63,332 bases of DNA, filler included, from Octopus bimaculoides (GCF_001194135.2; 5 parts of 5 records of this genome joined end to end with filler, not necessarily neighbours in it); one strand, 5' to 3'; counted from the whole stretch's first letter, positions 48,391 to 61,560 are shown. Numbers and translations: made by a program. Notes: generated by a model from the letters alone, not told the origin.

Positions 48391-49019
48391 AAAAAAAAAG
48401 GTGGTGCTCCAGCATGGCTGCAGTCCGGTAACTGAAACCATTTAAAGAATAAAAGAATAAAGAATATGTAGTCATTACACATACACATACACATTGCGCT
48501 CTGCTTGAATGTAGCCATGTATTGGCCGTTCAATCCTCTGTCAGCCTGGCATTTATTCTATCGAGGTCTTTTACTGAACCGCTAGTTTGCGTGGATCTAA
48601 ATGCACCAACACCGGTTGTCGAGTGGTGCTGGGACACACACACACATGTATATACAAGCTTTTTCTAGTTTCCGTTTACCAAATCCACTCACCAGGCTTT
48701 CGTCGGCTCAAGTCTATAGTAGAAAGCACTTGCCCAAGGTGCCACGCAGTGGGATTGAACTCGGAACCATACAGTTGGGAAGCAAGCTTCCTACCACACA
48801 GCCACGCCTCATGATGAGACAAACTACAAGAAGCATTTTAGTAAATGTTACCTGGGGTAGGGGTTAAAACAAAATTAGCTTTACTGTACAGTCATGACTC
48901 GATCAATGAAAACTCCACCCCCTCGCGTCCCAAATTACATTGAGAGAGCAAGAAGCGAATAATGCAACCCGGATATAGTGATTTCGGTCACTTTTCTCAA
49001 TATGTATGTAAACGCAGTT

Positions 49020-49256
49020 ATACAGTAATACCACGCCATATCGCGGTTCAGCTATCGCGGTTCAGCTATCGTAGTTTATTATTTAAGCTTACGTCGATTC
49101 CTCCTTGGTGTTGTTTTGCAGTTATAAATATATACAAATTATAAAAATAATAACTATATATATATATATATACAGTACAGTGCTGTTTCTACTTTGCGGA
49201 TTTTCACCTATCGCGTGGGATTTTGGAATGTAACACCCACGATAGTCGAGGGATTA

Positions 49257-49294
<38 letters not shown>

Positions 49295-49650
49295 CTTTAT
49301 TGCTCACAGGGGGCTAAACACAAAGGTGACAAACAAGGACAGACAAAGGGATTAAGTCGATTACATCGACCTCAGTGCGTAACTGGTACTTATATATACA
49401 CAATAACCCCTCGCTATATCACGGCTCATCTATTTCGGTTCACCTATCACGGTTCACCTATCGCGATTTATTATTTAAGCTTATGCCGATTCCTCCGTGG
49501 TGTTGTTTTGCAGTTACAATAAAATATATATACAAATTATAAAAATAATAAAAAAAAAATACAGTACAGTACTGTTTCTGCTTCGCAGATTTTCACCTAT
49601 CGCGGTGGTTTTTGGAACGTAACATCCGTGATAGTCGAGGGATTACTGAA
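49020..49650. mobile_element. Two pogo/Tigger-like MITE copies (49020-49261, 49401-49649) separated by (TA)n and a SINE C fragment
   Basis: TA-CAGTAAT...CGAGGGATTACTG-TA termini. The two copies align along their length. Confidence 0.75.
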
Positions 49651-49849
49651 CTCGATTACTGAACAAGATCCTTCTCCTGCACCACTGAATTATATTGCAT
49701 TACACTTTCACCACGCATTAAGCTACATGCGTTGGTTGATGCATTTTCTGCTAGACAGTATAATTAAATTCTGATGTTGGCAAATAACAAAACATCTACA
49801 GGAGGAAAAATAAGGACGCTGCGTTGAGCAATTGGTTATATAACACCCA

Positions 49850-50220
49850 GTGGAGGTGCAATGGCCCAGTGGTTAGGGCAGCGGACTCGCGGTCGTAGGA
49901 TCACGGTTTCGATTCCCAGACCGGGCGTTGTGAGTGTTTATTGAGCGAAAACACCTAAAGCTCCACGAGGCTCCGGCAGGGGATGGTGGCGAACCCTGCT
50001 ATATTCTTTCACCACAACTTTCTCTCACTCTTACTTCCTGTTTCTGTTGTACCTGTATTTCCAAAGGGCCAGCCTTGTCACACTGAATGTCCCCGAGAAC
50101 TACATTAAGGGTACACGTGTCTGTCTGGAGTACTCAGGCACTTGCACGTTAATTTCACGAGCAGGTTGTTCTGTTGATCGGATCAATTGGAACCCTCGTC
50201 GTCGTAACCAACGGAGTCCC
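49850..50220 (+). mobile_element. SINE family B
   Basis: Matches the 45016 copy. Confidence 0.9.
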
Positions 50221-52429
50221 ACATATATAACACCCACAAATCTAAAGCAACACAACTCATTCGACATATACCAGACATGTTTAAGGCCCAATAAAATAAC
50301 ACGACTCACTTTACACACATCAGATTCAACAGAACAAACATAATATGACAAGAAACAAGAAACTAAACCCCATAACAAAACAAACAGGTGCAGTACCCCC
50401 AACAGGAGGCGTCTACACTGGTTCAATCACTCCAAAAATAAGAACACATTGCTGCACACATCTCAGGAAAAGAGAGATACACCAGATGGTGCAGTAGAAA
50501 CTCGCATAACCGCCCCTCCTTCCCTTCCCCAAAAATTAGTAATGATAGTGTTTTGTATCAAGATGTTCTCCATTAATTTCGAAAATAAACTTGGAGTAAC
50601 AGCAATATAAACAAAGCTACTGTTTATACGCCTAACTTCTCAGTCCCACCATTTTCGCGTAAAAGTTACTCCTATGAATCTTCTCTCGCCTTAGAAAATA
50701 ACAATGCAAAAATACTGCAAAACTTTATTATAAAGGCAGGTCACAGGATAGTATTTAATAAATCTGGCATAATTTTCTTCTTTTAGAAATGCCATTAGTA
50801 TATTAATGAGCAAAATAGTAATGCCAAATTATTACAAAGTTAGAAGCGAGTTGGCTAAAAAGCTAAACAGTTACACCGATTTAACTGTTGAATTAAAAAC
50901 ATTTCAGGGAATTTGCCATCCCATTTTGTACATTTGGACTGATATGCATTCACTTTTCTTAATAACCTTACATTTATAATTACATTGCAAACCTTTTCAA
51001 GGCTACCTTCTGGGATTAAAGTATATAGTTAAGCGCTAGCTACCATTCTTCGGGAGATCAGACAAAAATTTTCTGACTAATTGATACTAGAATCTTCCAT
51101 GTCAAGTCAGAAGCAATTCCATCGTATCTGATGGACACCTGCAACTGTTTTAATCCCGCACCTGGCAGGATATAGAAGAAATCCCTCAAGGAAAGATGGG
51201 CTCCTCGAGAGCCAACCCCATCCATCCTGGGGAAATGCTACCAGGATTGGCAAATCCAAGGAAAGTTACACCACAATTTGATTATATACTGGACACGTTA
51301 AATGATTAAAGGAAGCCCATGACTGGGAAGGATGGAAAAGATCGAGATAAACTTCAGGTTCCTTACAAGAACAAAGGCTGCAGGAAAATGGAAAATGAAA
51401 TTGTAATCATACTGACGAAAAAAGTCGTTATTGTTAATGAAAATTGCTATCAAAAAGGACAAAGGAAGGAATTACCAAAAACAATTGATCAAATAATCTG
51501 TATATGATTAAAGAAAAAAACACGCAAAACTCTTTTGGGGCGAGCCATATTGGAAATGCTTTTATGATGTGCTACTCGGAGTGAATGAAAAATAAAATCA
51601 TGAACATACTAGGCATAGAAACAACATGTTTAAAAAAAAAAAAATTTTTTTTAAACATCTCTTATTGTAAAGAAGGAATTGCTTCATATGTGATGTAAAA
51701 ATCAGTTGGTGCTTTGAAACAGTGAGGCACTGAAACGTTAATTTTTCTTTTAGTTAGGCTGAGTGAGGCGATTGTAGTTTCGAAGTGAATGAGGTACCAG
51801 CCTGTTTCTTCAACGGGCCAATAGACATGCTTTGTCACTTTGTTCCTTTGTATTTTTGTGAATGACAATGCCAAAGTTTATCAGATGCTGTTAGTCATTG
51901 TTGCGCCATTTTTTGAGTAAGGTAAAAACATTTAGTGCTTAAAATTCGGCACCCGAAGAAACTATTTCTTACATTATTTTTTTCTTCTGGAATAAACCAC
52001 TTCAACCCTGTCAACTACCAGAGTTTCCTGAGAACGTCTCCCCCCTTCTCCGCTCTATGATTGCTCTATGATTGCTAACGTGTAACTTCCACTGACCAAA
52101 TTGACCATCTTGTAGAGGTCGGTGAGTGTTTGACAACATTTTCCATTCCAGAGATCATTCACTGTTCAGGAATCTCTGCAGGAGCTGCATTCTCATCTCC
52201 TGTCTGCGTATCAACAGCCACAGAATACGGAGCCCACCCAGTGTCAACTGTGTTGGCTGCAAATAGGCTACCTGACCAGTGGAACGCATCCCTTACACAA
52301 GAAGCGGAAAAGCAGTCTCTCCAATCTGGTCAAAAACTGGAGTAAGAACGAAAGGTAAAGTTAGCCTCGGCGGAGTCACACAAACGATCCTACCAGCTTA
52401 TCACCTTTGTAATATTTCTTTCTGATATA

Positions 52430-53020
52430 GACACACGCCTGAAACTTTGTGGGAGCGGGGTAGCTGATTTCATCGACTCCTGTATGCGACTGGTACTTAT
52501 TTTATCGACCACGAAGCGATGGAAGGCAAAGTCGAATTCCGCGGAATTTGAACTCAAAACGCAAAGACGGACATATTGCCGCTAAGCATTTTTCTGTGAC
52601 GCGCTAACGATCGGCCACCTCACCACTCTTATAATAAAGATTCTTTTATTTTGATAATAATTTCTACTCTAGGCACAAGGCCATGAAAATATTTGGTGGG
52701 GGAAGAGGGCTAGTCGATTACATCGACCCAGTGCGTAACTGGTACTTATTTCATCGATCTCGAAAGGATGAAAGCAAAGTCGACCTTGGCGGAATTTGAA
52801 CTCGGAACGTAAAGACAGACGAAATACTGCTAAGCACTTCTCCCGGCGTGATAACGATTCTGCCAGCGCGCCGCCTTGATTACATTTTAATAATAATGAT
52901 TGCATTGGCGCAAAGCCTGAAATTTGGAGGGGAGTATTTGTTGATATCGACCCAAGGACTTACCTAATACATTATTTTTTTGATCCCAAAAGGATGAAGG
53001 CAGAGTTGACCTCGGCGAGG
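52430..53020 (-). mobile_element. Cluster of SINE family C copies
   Basis: Family C cores and heads. Confidence 0.8.
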
Positions 53021-53139
53021 CATGAACATCATATCACATGCAAACTTTCTTCTAGAAAATTATAGACGTATGCTCTTAATTAAGAATAATTAAAAGGTAT
53101 CCATCTGTAAGTGATACAGCACAGTAGGTTTACTAATCC

Positions 53140-53334
53140 TAATTGCAGTCACGTCACAGAACGCTAAGCCGACACCCGCAGTTAATTTGCGCTGTGCTTT
53201 TCTGTCTGCACTTCAACATAGTTTTGGCGAGTAAAAATAGAGATTTTTCCTCTGCCATTATACGATGAACGGGATGAACGAAAAGTGTTAACATTTCAAC
53301 CCAAGACATTATAATATATGCTGATATCTTTGAG
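53140..53334 (+). promoter_or_regulatory. Candidate 5'UTR first exon of the secreted-protein gene
   Basis: CpG-rich unique segment (tcacgtcac, gccgacacccgc) ending in the strong donor GAG|gtaagt. An artificial scaffold join (54959) lies between it and the ATG exon. Confidence 0.45.
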
Positions 53335-54399
53335 GTAAGTACACGTTTTGAAATTCAATACATTACTGGAATACATTGTATCACCGATGGCAGAAAATAG
53401 CAGGAGAAAAACAACTATTTAATAGCCTTTATTTCGATGTTCTCCAGGTTTTTCGATTGGTAGGTCTTATGTAAAAAAAAAAAAAAAAAAANNNNNNNNN
53501 NAAAAAAAAAAAAAAACAAACAAACAAACAAAAGACAAAATAAAAACTTTGCTGCTCGGTATTTTAGAATTATCCGAGATAAATGAAAGATTATATGAGA
53601 TAAAAATGATATCTGTTATATTTAAACTAAGAGTTAGTACGTGATAGTTTACTAATAACTTGAATTAATTAATCTGCCACCAGTCAATCGACTTACGTGC
53701 AGCAATCTTTGGATTTTTTAAAAGTCTGGTTTATTAATAAAGCTAATTAAGTAATTTGATGACGATCTTCAAGATATATGTGTACATAAGGCGCATATTA
53801 AGTAAGAAACTGATTAATCGTTGCAGGCTTATCTTTCAGAGAGGGAATAGATATAGCGCTTTGAAACGTTATCAAGCACATTTTGGCAGCTGATTATACA
53901 CAACCAGATTGTTGTATATTTCCATTAATCATTGAGTCACATCAACCAAGATAAAGCGGAATGGATAAACGTCAAATGTTGTTCTTTTTTACTCAAGCTT
54001 AGTCCTAGTAGAGCGAACTTATCATCAAAGATATTGAAGCCATGACCTCATTTGTTTCTCTTTCCAAGACAGTGTTATCAAGTTACTTGTGGCCACACTA
54101 TGCGATATGTCCCCCAAGCAGGAAACAAAGAATGAGAAAGAAAAAAGAAAAGAAAAGGAAAAAAAACAACAAGTCTTGTAGTAGTTTTGACAATCATAAA
54201 GAAACTTTCATATTAGCCAAATTTGTAAAGAAGTAATACACTTCATTGAATTGACCGGTATATTACTGGTAAATATATTTTTGTATCCCCATAGAGACAT
54301 AATTCGAAGTTCGTTCAAATAAAATTTAAACACGGAATACGAAAAAAAGCAGTCTCTACCGCTTCCTTGTTTTCTCACTACAACAATGATTCTTTTCTA

Positions 54400-54785
54400 A
54401 TCTAGGCACAAGGTCCGAAATTTTTGTGAGGGAAAGGGCCAGTCGATTAGGTCGACCACAATACGCAACTGGTATTTAATTTATCGACCCCGAAAGGATG
54501 AAAGTCGACCTCGGCGGAATTTGAACTCAGAACATAAAGACAAACGAAATACCGCTAAGCATTTCGCCCGGCGCGCTAAGGTTCCTGATTTCTTTATTGC
54601 CCACAAGGGGCTAAACATAGAAGGGACAAACAAGGACAGACAATGAGATTAAGTCGATTACATCTACCCCAGTGCGTAACTGGTACTTAATTTATCGACC
54701 TCGAAAAGATGAAAGGCAGAGTCGACCTCGGCGGAATTTGAACTCAGAACGTAAAGACAGGCGAAATACCAATTTCTTTATTGCC
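54400..54785 (-). mobile_element. SINE family C multimer with the same body-to-body junction as the 5431 array
   Basis: GAAATACC-A-ATTTCTTTATTGCCC at about 54765-54785. Confidence 0.8.
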
Positions 54786-55139
54786 CCTATACTCCGGGAT
54801 ATCCCAGAAACAGCTCTAAGATTTTGAATTTCTTTCTATAATAATATTGTATATGACTTGAGATGTTTGCCTTGCCTTAATGTTTGACGTCCTGTTTAAC
54901 AATCTATATATATANNNNNNNNNNNNNNNNNNNNNNNNNNNNNNNNNNNNNNNNNNNNTTAATTAATTAANNNNNNNNNNNNNNNNNNNNNNNNNNNNNN
55001 NNNNNNNNNNNNNNGTTAGACAAGTAAAACACAACTATCTATAACCGTATCCCACCGATTTCCCGACGTCACAGTATTTGTAATGACTAGCACATACCAC
55101 TCGTCACGTGGCAGAGGTGTTCTATTATTGTTATTATCC

Positions 55140-55360
55140 CCATAACAGGTTGTTGATTTCCTCTTGGGTGAAGTCAAGCATCGGAAAATCTGGGATAGGC
55201 GGGAGCTGATCTTGAATTCCGCATTGAAGCTGAGCACGCTTTTTAGGACTGGAAAGGGCATAAATGTCAAGACGTGTAAAGGGTTGCGGTTTTCGGATTG
55301 GAAGTCTCAGAGTCAGATGAAGGAGAGATCTGATTATTCGATGGTCAGCTCATCTTTTGG
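55140..55360 (-). mobile_element. RTE-like LINE endonuclease C-terminal fragment
   Basis: ADHRIIRSLLHLTL...RLDIYAL resembles the (S/T)DHRLxRS motif ending the APE domain. Confidence 0.5.
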
Positions 55361-55994
55361 CACTCTCATCCATTTAACATATAAGGGTTTTAAAAAAAGG
55401 ATCAAAATGTAACCTCTGTTTTTTTCTTTCCCTATTTTATCACAGGCGTTGTTATGTATCCCAAACAACACGTAACTTCGGTTGTTCAAATATCAGTGTT
55501 AGAGTAAAAAGTCTTGTGTTGTTGACACCATCGTGCAAGTTCGCATCATGCTGTTGTTTTTGTTCTCATCGTAGCAGAGTGTTTTATTTGCTGGAACTTT
55601 GAAATATTTTGTAATAAACATACGTATACTATTGATTTATAAACTGAAACTTGTGTAAATATCAACCAAATAATATTCGAGACACAATATTTAAAAAAAG
55701 AAAAGGAAAAGATTTCATTTATCGTGTTTCTCTGAACCACGTATTGCAAACAGAAAAACCTATTAGCAATTCGTAAATATTTACAATCAATAAAATTTAA
55801 TCCTCAGACAAATAAATATTTAGTGAAATTTGTTTAGGGTTTTATTTTAAAATGCATTTATTGAACAAACAATTTCCATCAATCTTTCTCTATATATATA
55901 TGCTATCATCTAAGTATGACACCATCACTTACTTTCTTCTCTTCAAAGAGAGATTGAATTCCTTTTGCCTTGTCAAAAACTTATGTACTTCAGT

Positions 55995-56034
55995 ATGCTG
56001 AAACTATTCGTAGTTTTTGCCGTTTTTGTTGCGG
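55995..56034 (+). CDS. Secreted protein, signal-peptide exon (MLKLFVVFAVFVA-)
   Basis: tacttcag|T ATG acceptor, 13 codons with a basic residue then a hydrophobic run, phase-1 donor G|gtaagt. Confidence 0.8.
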
Positions 56035-56668
56035 GTAAGTTCTTTCATTATTTTACTCCTTTAGTGATTTCATTCATTGGACTGCGGCCATGCTGGAACC
56101 CCACATTCAAAGGTTTTAGTCGATCGTGTTAACTCCGATATATATATCAGTCTACTACTTAATTTTATCAGCTGCCGATGCATAACATAGATAAATAAAT
56201 ATATATGTGTTATATAGTGCTGGGTGACGGAGTCGTTCATTAACTCTGCCTTGACCGGTGACACAGTGTACGGCCTGTGACAAGGTGCGAACGGTTCGTC
56301 CTTTAGGGGATTGTTAAGTATTCTTTCAACTTAATCTAGATGTAATTGAATAGATTTATGACAGATATTTCTGATCCATGACGGATCTTTCTGATTTGGC
56401 GTACACCACTTTTTATTTAGTGTTTTCTACCGAAACACTTTAAAACTTCGTATACTTGTATATTTTGTCTTTATAGAACAGAGAAAAAATTTTATATTCG
56501 AAGTTATTTCATGTTAAAAGTTGTCGTATTTCGGTAATTTCAACCAATCACTGACGTTTATTGAGGTGAAAACAATTACTGCTGTGGTTTGTCAACAACA
56601 CGTTGTGGCGGTGTAATGGGATCTTTTCCTTTGAATAAAATTAGTGCCGTTGTTTGTCAACAACTATC

Positions 56669-56980
56669 GGCGGTACTGTTGTTTAGGACATTGTTCGTGC
56701 GTTTGTACTGGTTTTAGATTTAGGGTTTTAGGGCTAGGGTTCGGGTTTAGAGTTAGGGTTATGAGTATTTTTGCCAAACTTGGTGAAAAATTTGTGGTGG
56801 TGTATTGAACAGATTTTCACCAAATTTGACAAAAAATACTCATAGCCCTAACCCTAACCCTAACCCTAACCCTAAAACCCTAACCCTAACCCTAACTCTC
56901 AAACCCGAACCCTAACCCTAAAACCCTAAAGCTAAAATCAGAACAAACGCACGAACGATGTCATAAATAACAGTACCACC
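56669..56980. repeat. Fold-back with telomeric (TTAGGG)n / (CCCTAA)n tracts in its arms
   Basis: 56669-56790 is an imperfect reverse complement of 56812-56980. The right arm has several extra CCCTAA units. Confidence 0.85.
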
Positions 56981-57728
56981 ATTAAGCTGGTGTCTGGAAC
57001 AAATTAGCAAAGAATATTGACGGTAGATTATAATGTAGATAACATTCAACATCATCACCGTCGTTTAACATCCGCTTTCCATGCTAGCATGGGTTGAACT
57101 ATTTGACTGAGGACTGGTGAACCAGATGGCTACACCAGGCTCCAATCTGATCCAGCAGAGTTTCTACAGCTGGATGTCTTTCCTAACGCCAACCACTCCG
57201 AGAGTGTAGTGGGTGCTTTTATGTGATGGGTGCCAGTCGTCGAATTTAGTTCGATTTCGATATGTCATAGAACCTGTGCGGTCTCAGGCAGGTTGATAGA
57301 TTCCGATTGTGATCATCTCGTCTTACCATACAGAGGAACAAAGATTAGATTGATCCCTAACCTGACTTAATGCTACAGAAACCAGTGAGAAAAACTTAAT
57401 GCTGCAAATAACATAATATTTACAATTATATAAAAATTACTATCACATACATACATACATACATGTATATATAAATAAAACTATCAGGTGTTGTTACACA
57501 CCTCTGGTCACAATGTGCATCCTTGCTTTTTTTCAGCTTTCGAATGATGCCACACCATACTGGCTTGGCCAACATTCCCCACCTTGAGACAGACTGGCAC
57601 GTTTTGCTCAAAAAACTTAAAACAACGCCGTTTTGGAAATCGAAATTGCTAGCTCACTATCGTGTTGCGACACTTTAACCACTAGGCTGCAGGCCTTTAC
57701 ACACACACACACACACACACATACATAT

Positions 57729-57763
<35 letters not shown>

Positions 57764-58460
57764 NNNNNNNNNNNNNNNNNNNNNNNNNNNNNNNNNNNNN
57801 NNNNNNNNNNNNNNNNNNNNNNNNNNNNNNNNNNNNNNNNNNNNNNNNNNNNNNNNNNNNNNNNNNNNNNNNNNNNNNNNNNNNNNNNNNNNNNNNNNNN
57901 NNNNNNNNNNNNNNNNNNNNNNNNNNNNNNNNNNNNNNNNNNNNNNNNNNNNNNNNNNNNNNNNNNNNNNNNNNNNNNNNNNNNNNNNNNNNNNNNNNNN
58001 NNNNNNNNNNNNNNNNNNNNNNNNNNNNNNNNNNNNNNNNNNNNNNNNNNNNNNNNNNNNNNNNNNNNNNNNNNNNNNNNNNNNNNNNNNNNNNNNNNNN
58101 NNNNNNNNNNNNNNNNNNNNNNNNNNNNNNNNNNNNNNNNNNNNNNNNNNNNNNNNNNNNNNNNNNNNNNNNNNNNNNNNNNNNNNNNNNNNNNNNNNNN
58201 NNNNNNNNNNNNNNNNNNNNNNNNNNNNNNNNNNNNNNNNNNNNNNNNNATATATATATATATATATATATATAATGTATATATACATCTATGATAGGCT
58301 TCTTTCAGTTTCTGTCCACCAAATCCACTCATAAAGCTTTAATTGGCCTGTGGGTATACTAGAAGACACTTGCTCAAAGTGCCAAACAGAGGGACTGAAC
58401 CTGTAACCATGTGGTTGGGAAGTAAACTTCTTACCACACAGCCATGCTTACACCTTATAT

Positions 58461-58710
58461 AATATAATATAATATAATATAATATAATATAATGTAATGT
58501 AACGTAACGTAACGTAACGTAACGTAACGTAACGTAACGTAACGTAACGTAACGTAACGTAACGTAACGTAACGTAACGTAACGTAACGTAACGTAACGT
58601 AACGTAACGTAACGTAACGTAACGTAACGTAACGTAACGTAACGTAACGTAGCGTAGCGTAGCGTAGCGTAACGTAACGTAACGTAACGTAACGTAACGT
58701 AACGTAACGT
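58461..58710. repeat. Compound pentanucleotide array (AATAT)6(AATGT)2(AACGT)30(AGCGT)4(AACGT)8
   Basis: Counted directly. Confidence 0.97.
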
Positions 58711-58911
58711 AATATATTTTCGAACTTAACTACATATTCATGTGTAGAATATCACATTTACAATGGTGAACCAGAAGATTCATATACAGCTTGCAATTGG
58801 AATTTTGATATGGTTTCTATTTTGTTGTCTTTATATATTACCTACCAATTTGAATCCAATTCTTCAACTACTTATTGAATTTTCTTCCTTTGAACACTAA
58901 TGTTTTTGTAG

Positions 58912-59014
58912 CTGCCCAAGTATCCGCCACATGTTCTGATGAACAATTACGGAAATGCTTGTCGAAATTTAGACACTTGTCAGAAGCCAAGGATAGTAAA
59001 GAGAAGATATGTAG
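58912..59014 (+). CDS. Secreted Cys-patterned protein, second coding exon (A-AQVSATCSDEQLRKCLSKFRHLSEAKDSKEKIC-S/R)
   Basis: Branch-like cactaat plus gtttttgtag| acceptor, 103 nt open in phase 1 to phase 2, donor AG|gtaaga. Completes a V-S-A signal peptidase site followed by C-x7-C-x17-C. Confidence 0.8.
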
Positions 59015-60209
59015 GTAAGAATATCTTAAAAGCATTCACAGGTATTATTTATGTTCCCTCTCTTATACAATTCTTTGAATTCCTTTTATAAAGAAGAGGC
59101 TGATTTGCGACTAGAGATGCAAAATTCCATCGATGGAATTCAGACATGAAAAACATAAAAATTACTTGTTGGATTTAAGTGAAGTTTTAATATTTCCAGT
59201 GTTCTATTTAAAGTCTGTATTTTCAGAATGCATGCAATATATATAAGCATATATGAATATATGTTTGTATGAAGATATATATATGTATAAGAGACAGTTT
59301 ACGTGCGCTCGCGTGCATGTGTGTGTGAGTGTGCATGTATGTTCCTTATGCATTCGAAAACTGAGTTGCTGATTTTGACATATGGGGTATTAAAAGATTT
59401 GTAACCTTCTGGCAACAAAATAAACTTTATTTTCATTTACATATTTTCTAAGTTATCTCAACAACCAGCTATAGTTATTTGAAATACACTGCTCTACAAC
59501 GATGAGGTTTCATTAGAAAGTGAAAATAGTTTCACACTTTCAATTTGAACCAAAATTAGTATAGGGGACAACTTCCATTACCTAGATGACCAAGTCAGCA
59601 GTGGAGGTGGATGTTCTGAGAGCTTAGCTGCTAGAATAGGAATAGGCTGAGTAAAGTTCAGATAACTTCTACCTTTGTTGGAAAAAAAAGAGCCTCTTCT
59701 GCAGACTGAAAGATAGATAGTATGATGCTTGTCTGAACAGCCATGCTACATGGCAGTGAAACATGGGCTGTTTCCTGTACATGTGACACTTCATCAACCA
59801 AGAGGATGCGGAAGCTTAAGTGAAGGAGTTCTTCACCTCAAAGGACAAGAACTAGTACCAGTGTCAGATCAAAGAACTTGCAGAAATGTGACTTCAAATG
59901 GTAGGACACGATGGCCTCCACTTTGAATGCTAGGCTGCTTTTGTTTGAACTTAACGAATAAACGAAATAAGTTACAAAAATGTTGCAAAACTTTTGACTT
60001 ACAACAGTCTATATATCACCATTATTATCATTGTTTAACGTCTGTTTTCCCTGTTGGCATAGGTTGGATGGCTGGACAGGAGCTGGCCAGCTGAGAAGCT
60101 GTCCAGACTCCAATTAACTGTTGTGTGTGTGTGTGTGTGTGTGTGTNNNNNNNNNNNNNNNNNNNNNNNNNNNNNNNNNNNNNNNNNNNNNNNNNNNNNN
60201 NNNNNNNNN

Positions 60210-61560
60210 ATTGTAGGACATTGGATAGTCAGGCCTGAAAAATTGATTGGGGTCTGGTTCGGACTGGACCTCCAACTGGAGAAGAACTGGAGTGAAGTGA
60301 CAAGCAGGGTAGCCAGTCTCACCCAGAAATGGACTGAGAGGAAGCTATCCTTGAAAGGTCAGGCAAAGGTGGTGAACACATATGTCGCCTCTGTCATTTA
60401 TTACCACCTCACCATTGTGCCTTAACCTAGTTCATACCTGATCAAGCTGGAGTGTTTGCTTTTCTACTTCTTATGGAAGGGAGGGACCCCACTGATCAGG
60501 TGCTTCATTTGCTGTCAACACCCTATGATTGGTGGGCTCGGTATACCATGGCTATTGATGTGCAGACATGCACTAAGGCTGCTGCACATCCAGTGTTTCC
60601 TCGATGATGTTGAGCAGGTGTGGTTGCCGTTTGTCAGACTCACATTCCTGCAGCTCATTTCTTTGACTGAACCATAATCTTGGATCAAGTGTAGACCGCG
60701 CCTGGGTGTCTGGCACCTTGAGTGTCAACAGGCGCTCATGTTCCTCAGCCAGTCGGGTAATGTGGTTAGTGGAAGTTCTACTATGGTGTTTGTATAGAAG
60801 ATTTGTGGTGAAATGAAACAATGACATTCTCGGAGAGAATTCTAGGTATCAATGAATTTCAACTCACCAATCTGTTCTGGAGGACTTTCAGGCTGGGGCC
60901 TATGAATGACTTCCAGAAATCCCTGGCCTGGCAGTGCTACCAGGGGACTTTGCCTGTTCAAGGTATACTCTACAGGTATGGAAGTGCTGTCTGTCAGACC
61001 TGTGCAGAGTGATGAAACCGTGCCCCATCATATCTGATATATGACTTTATGTTGAACACCTGCTGTTACATATAGGATATGTCTGCTTGTCGGCTGATTC
61101 CATCATGAAGATTGCCCTGCCGCCTTCCTTTGTCTGGCAAGCGAAGGCAATTTCCCTGTTTTGTGGCTGTAGCGAAAGAGGTTGTATGGTGCTCTAGACT
61201 GAAAGGGTTGAAGACAGATACTTTTCTGTTTGGCCTACGCCTAATCAACTTTTTCAGATACCATTTGAAAAGGAAAGTGAGGGCTGAGAGAGAAGTGCTG
61301 ACTTCCAGCAAATTTATTAAAAGGTGGGTGAAGTGACGAAAATGGTCTGTGTCAAGGGACCTAATTTGAGCATGCACTTTTGAGTATCCAAGGCTGAGAG
61401 AGAGAGGAAGATGGGCAAAGGGCTCTTGCACTAGTGGCCAGGACACTTCCAGATTTTTCGTGGAGTCTCCATAAGTAGCCCTGTGTTGCATGCGTCCTTT
61501 AGGAATTTTCTATGTTATAATTTTCATTGTTATCGACTTTTTACATGACACTTTATGTAA
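60210..61560 (+). mobile_element. Tx1/L1-clade LINE 3' fragment
   Basis: KLIGVWFG...NW...W..RKLSLKG...V.NTY.AS..YY and the downstream SLAW...LPV / CxxC pattern; many stops. Confidence 0.8.

Noticed and set aside
56700-56940. Relic of an end-to-end chromosome fusion
   Set aside because: The telomeric tracts are short and embedded in non-telomeric inverted arms belonging to an interspersed repeat family; TE origin is more parsimonious.
7175-58334. Long ORFs (150-411 aa) in the ORF track
   Set aside because: They run through N gaps and (TA)/(CA) microsatellites, so they are artefacts of missing stops.
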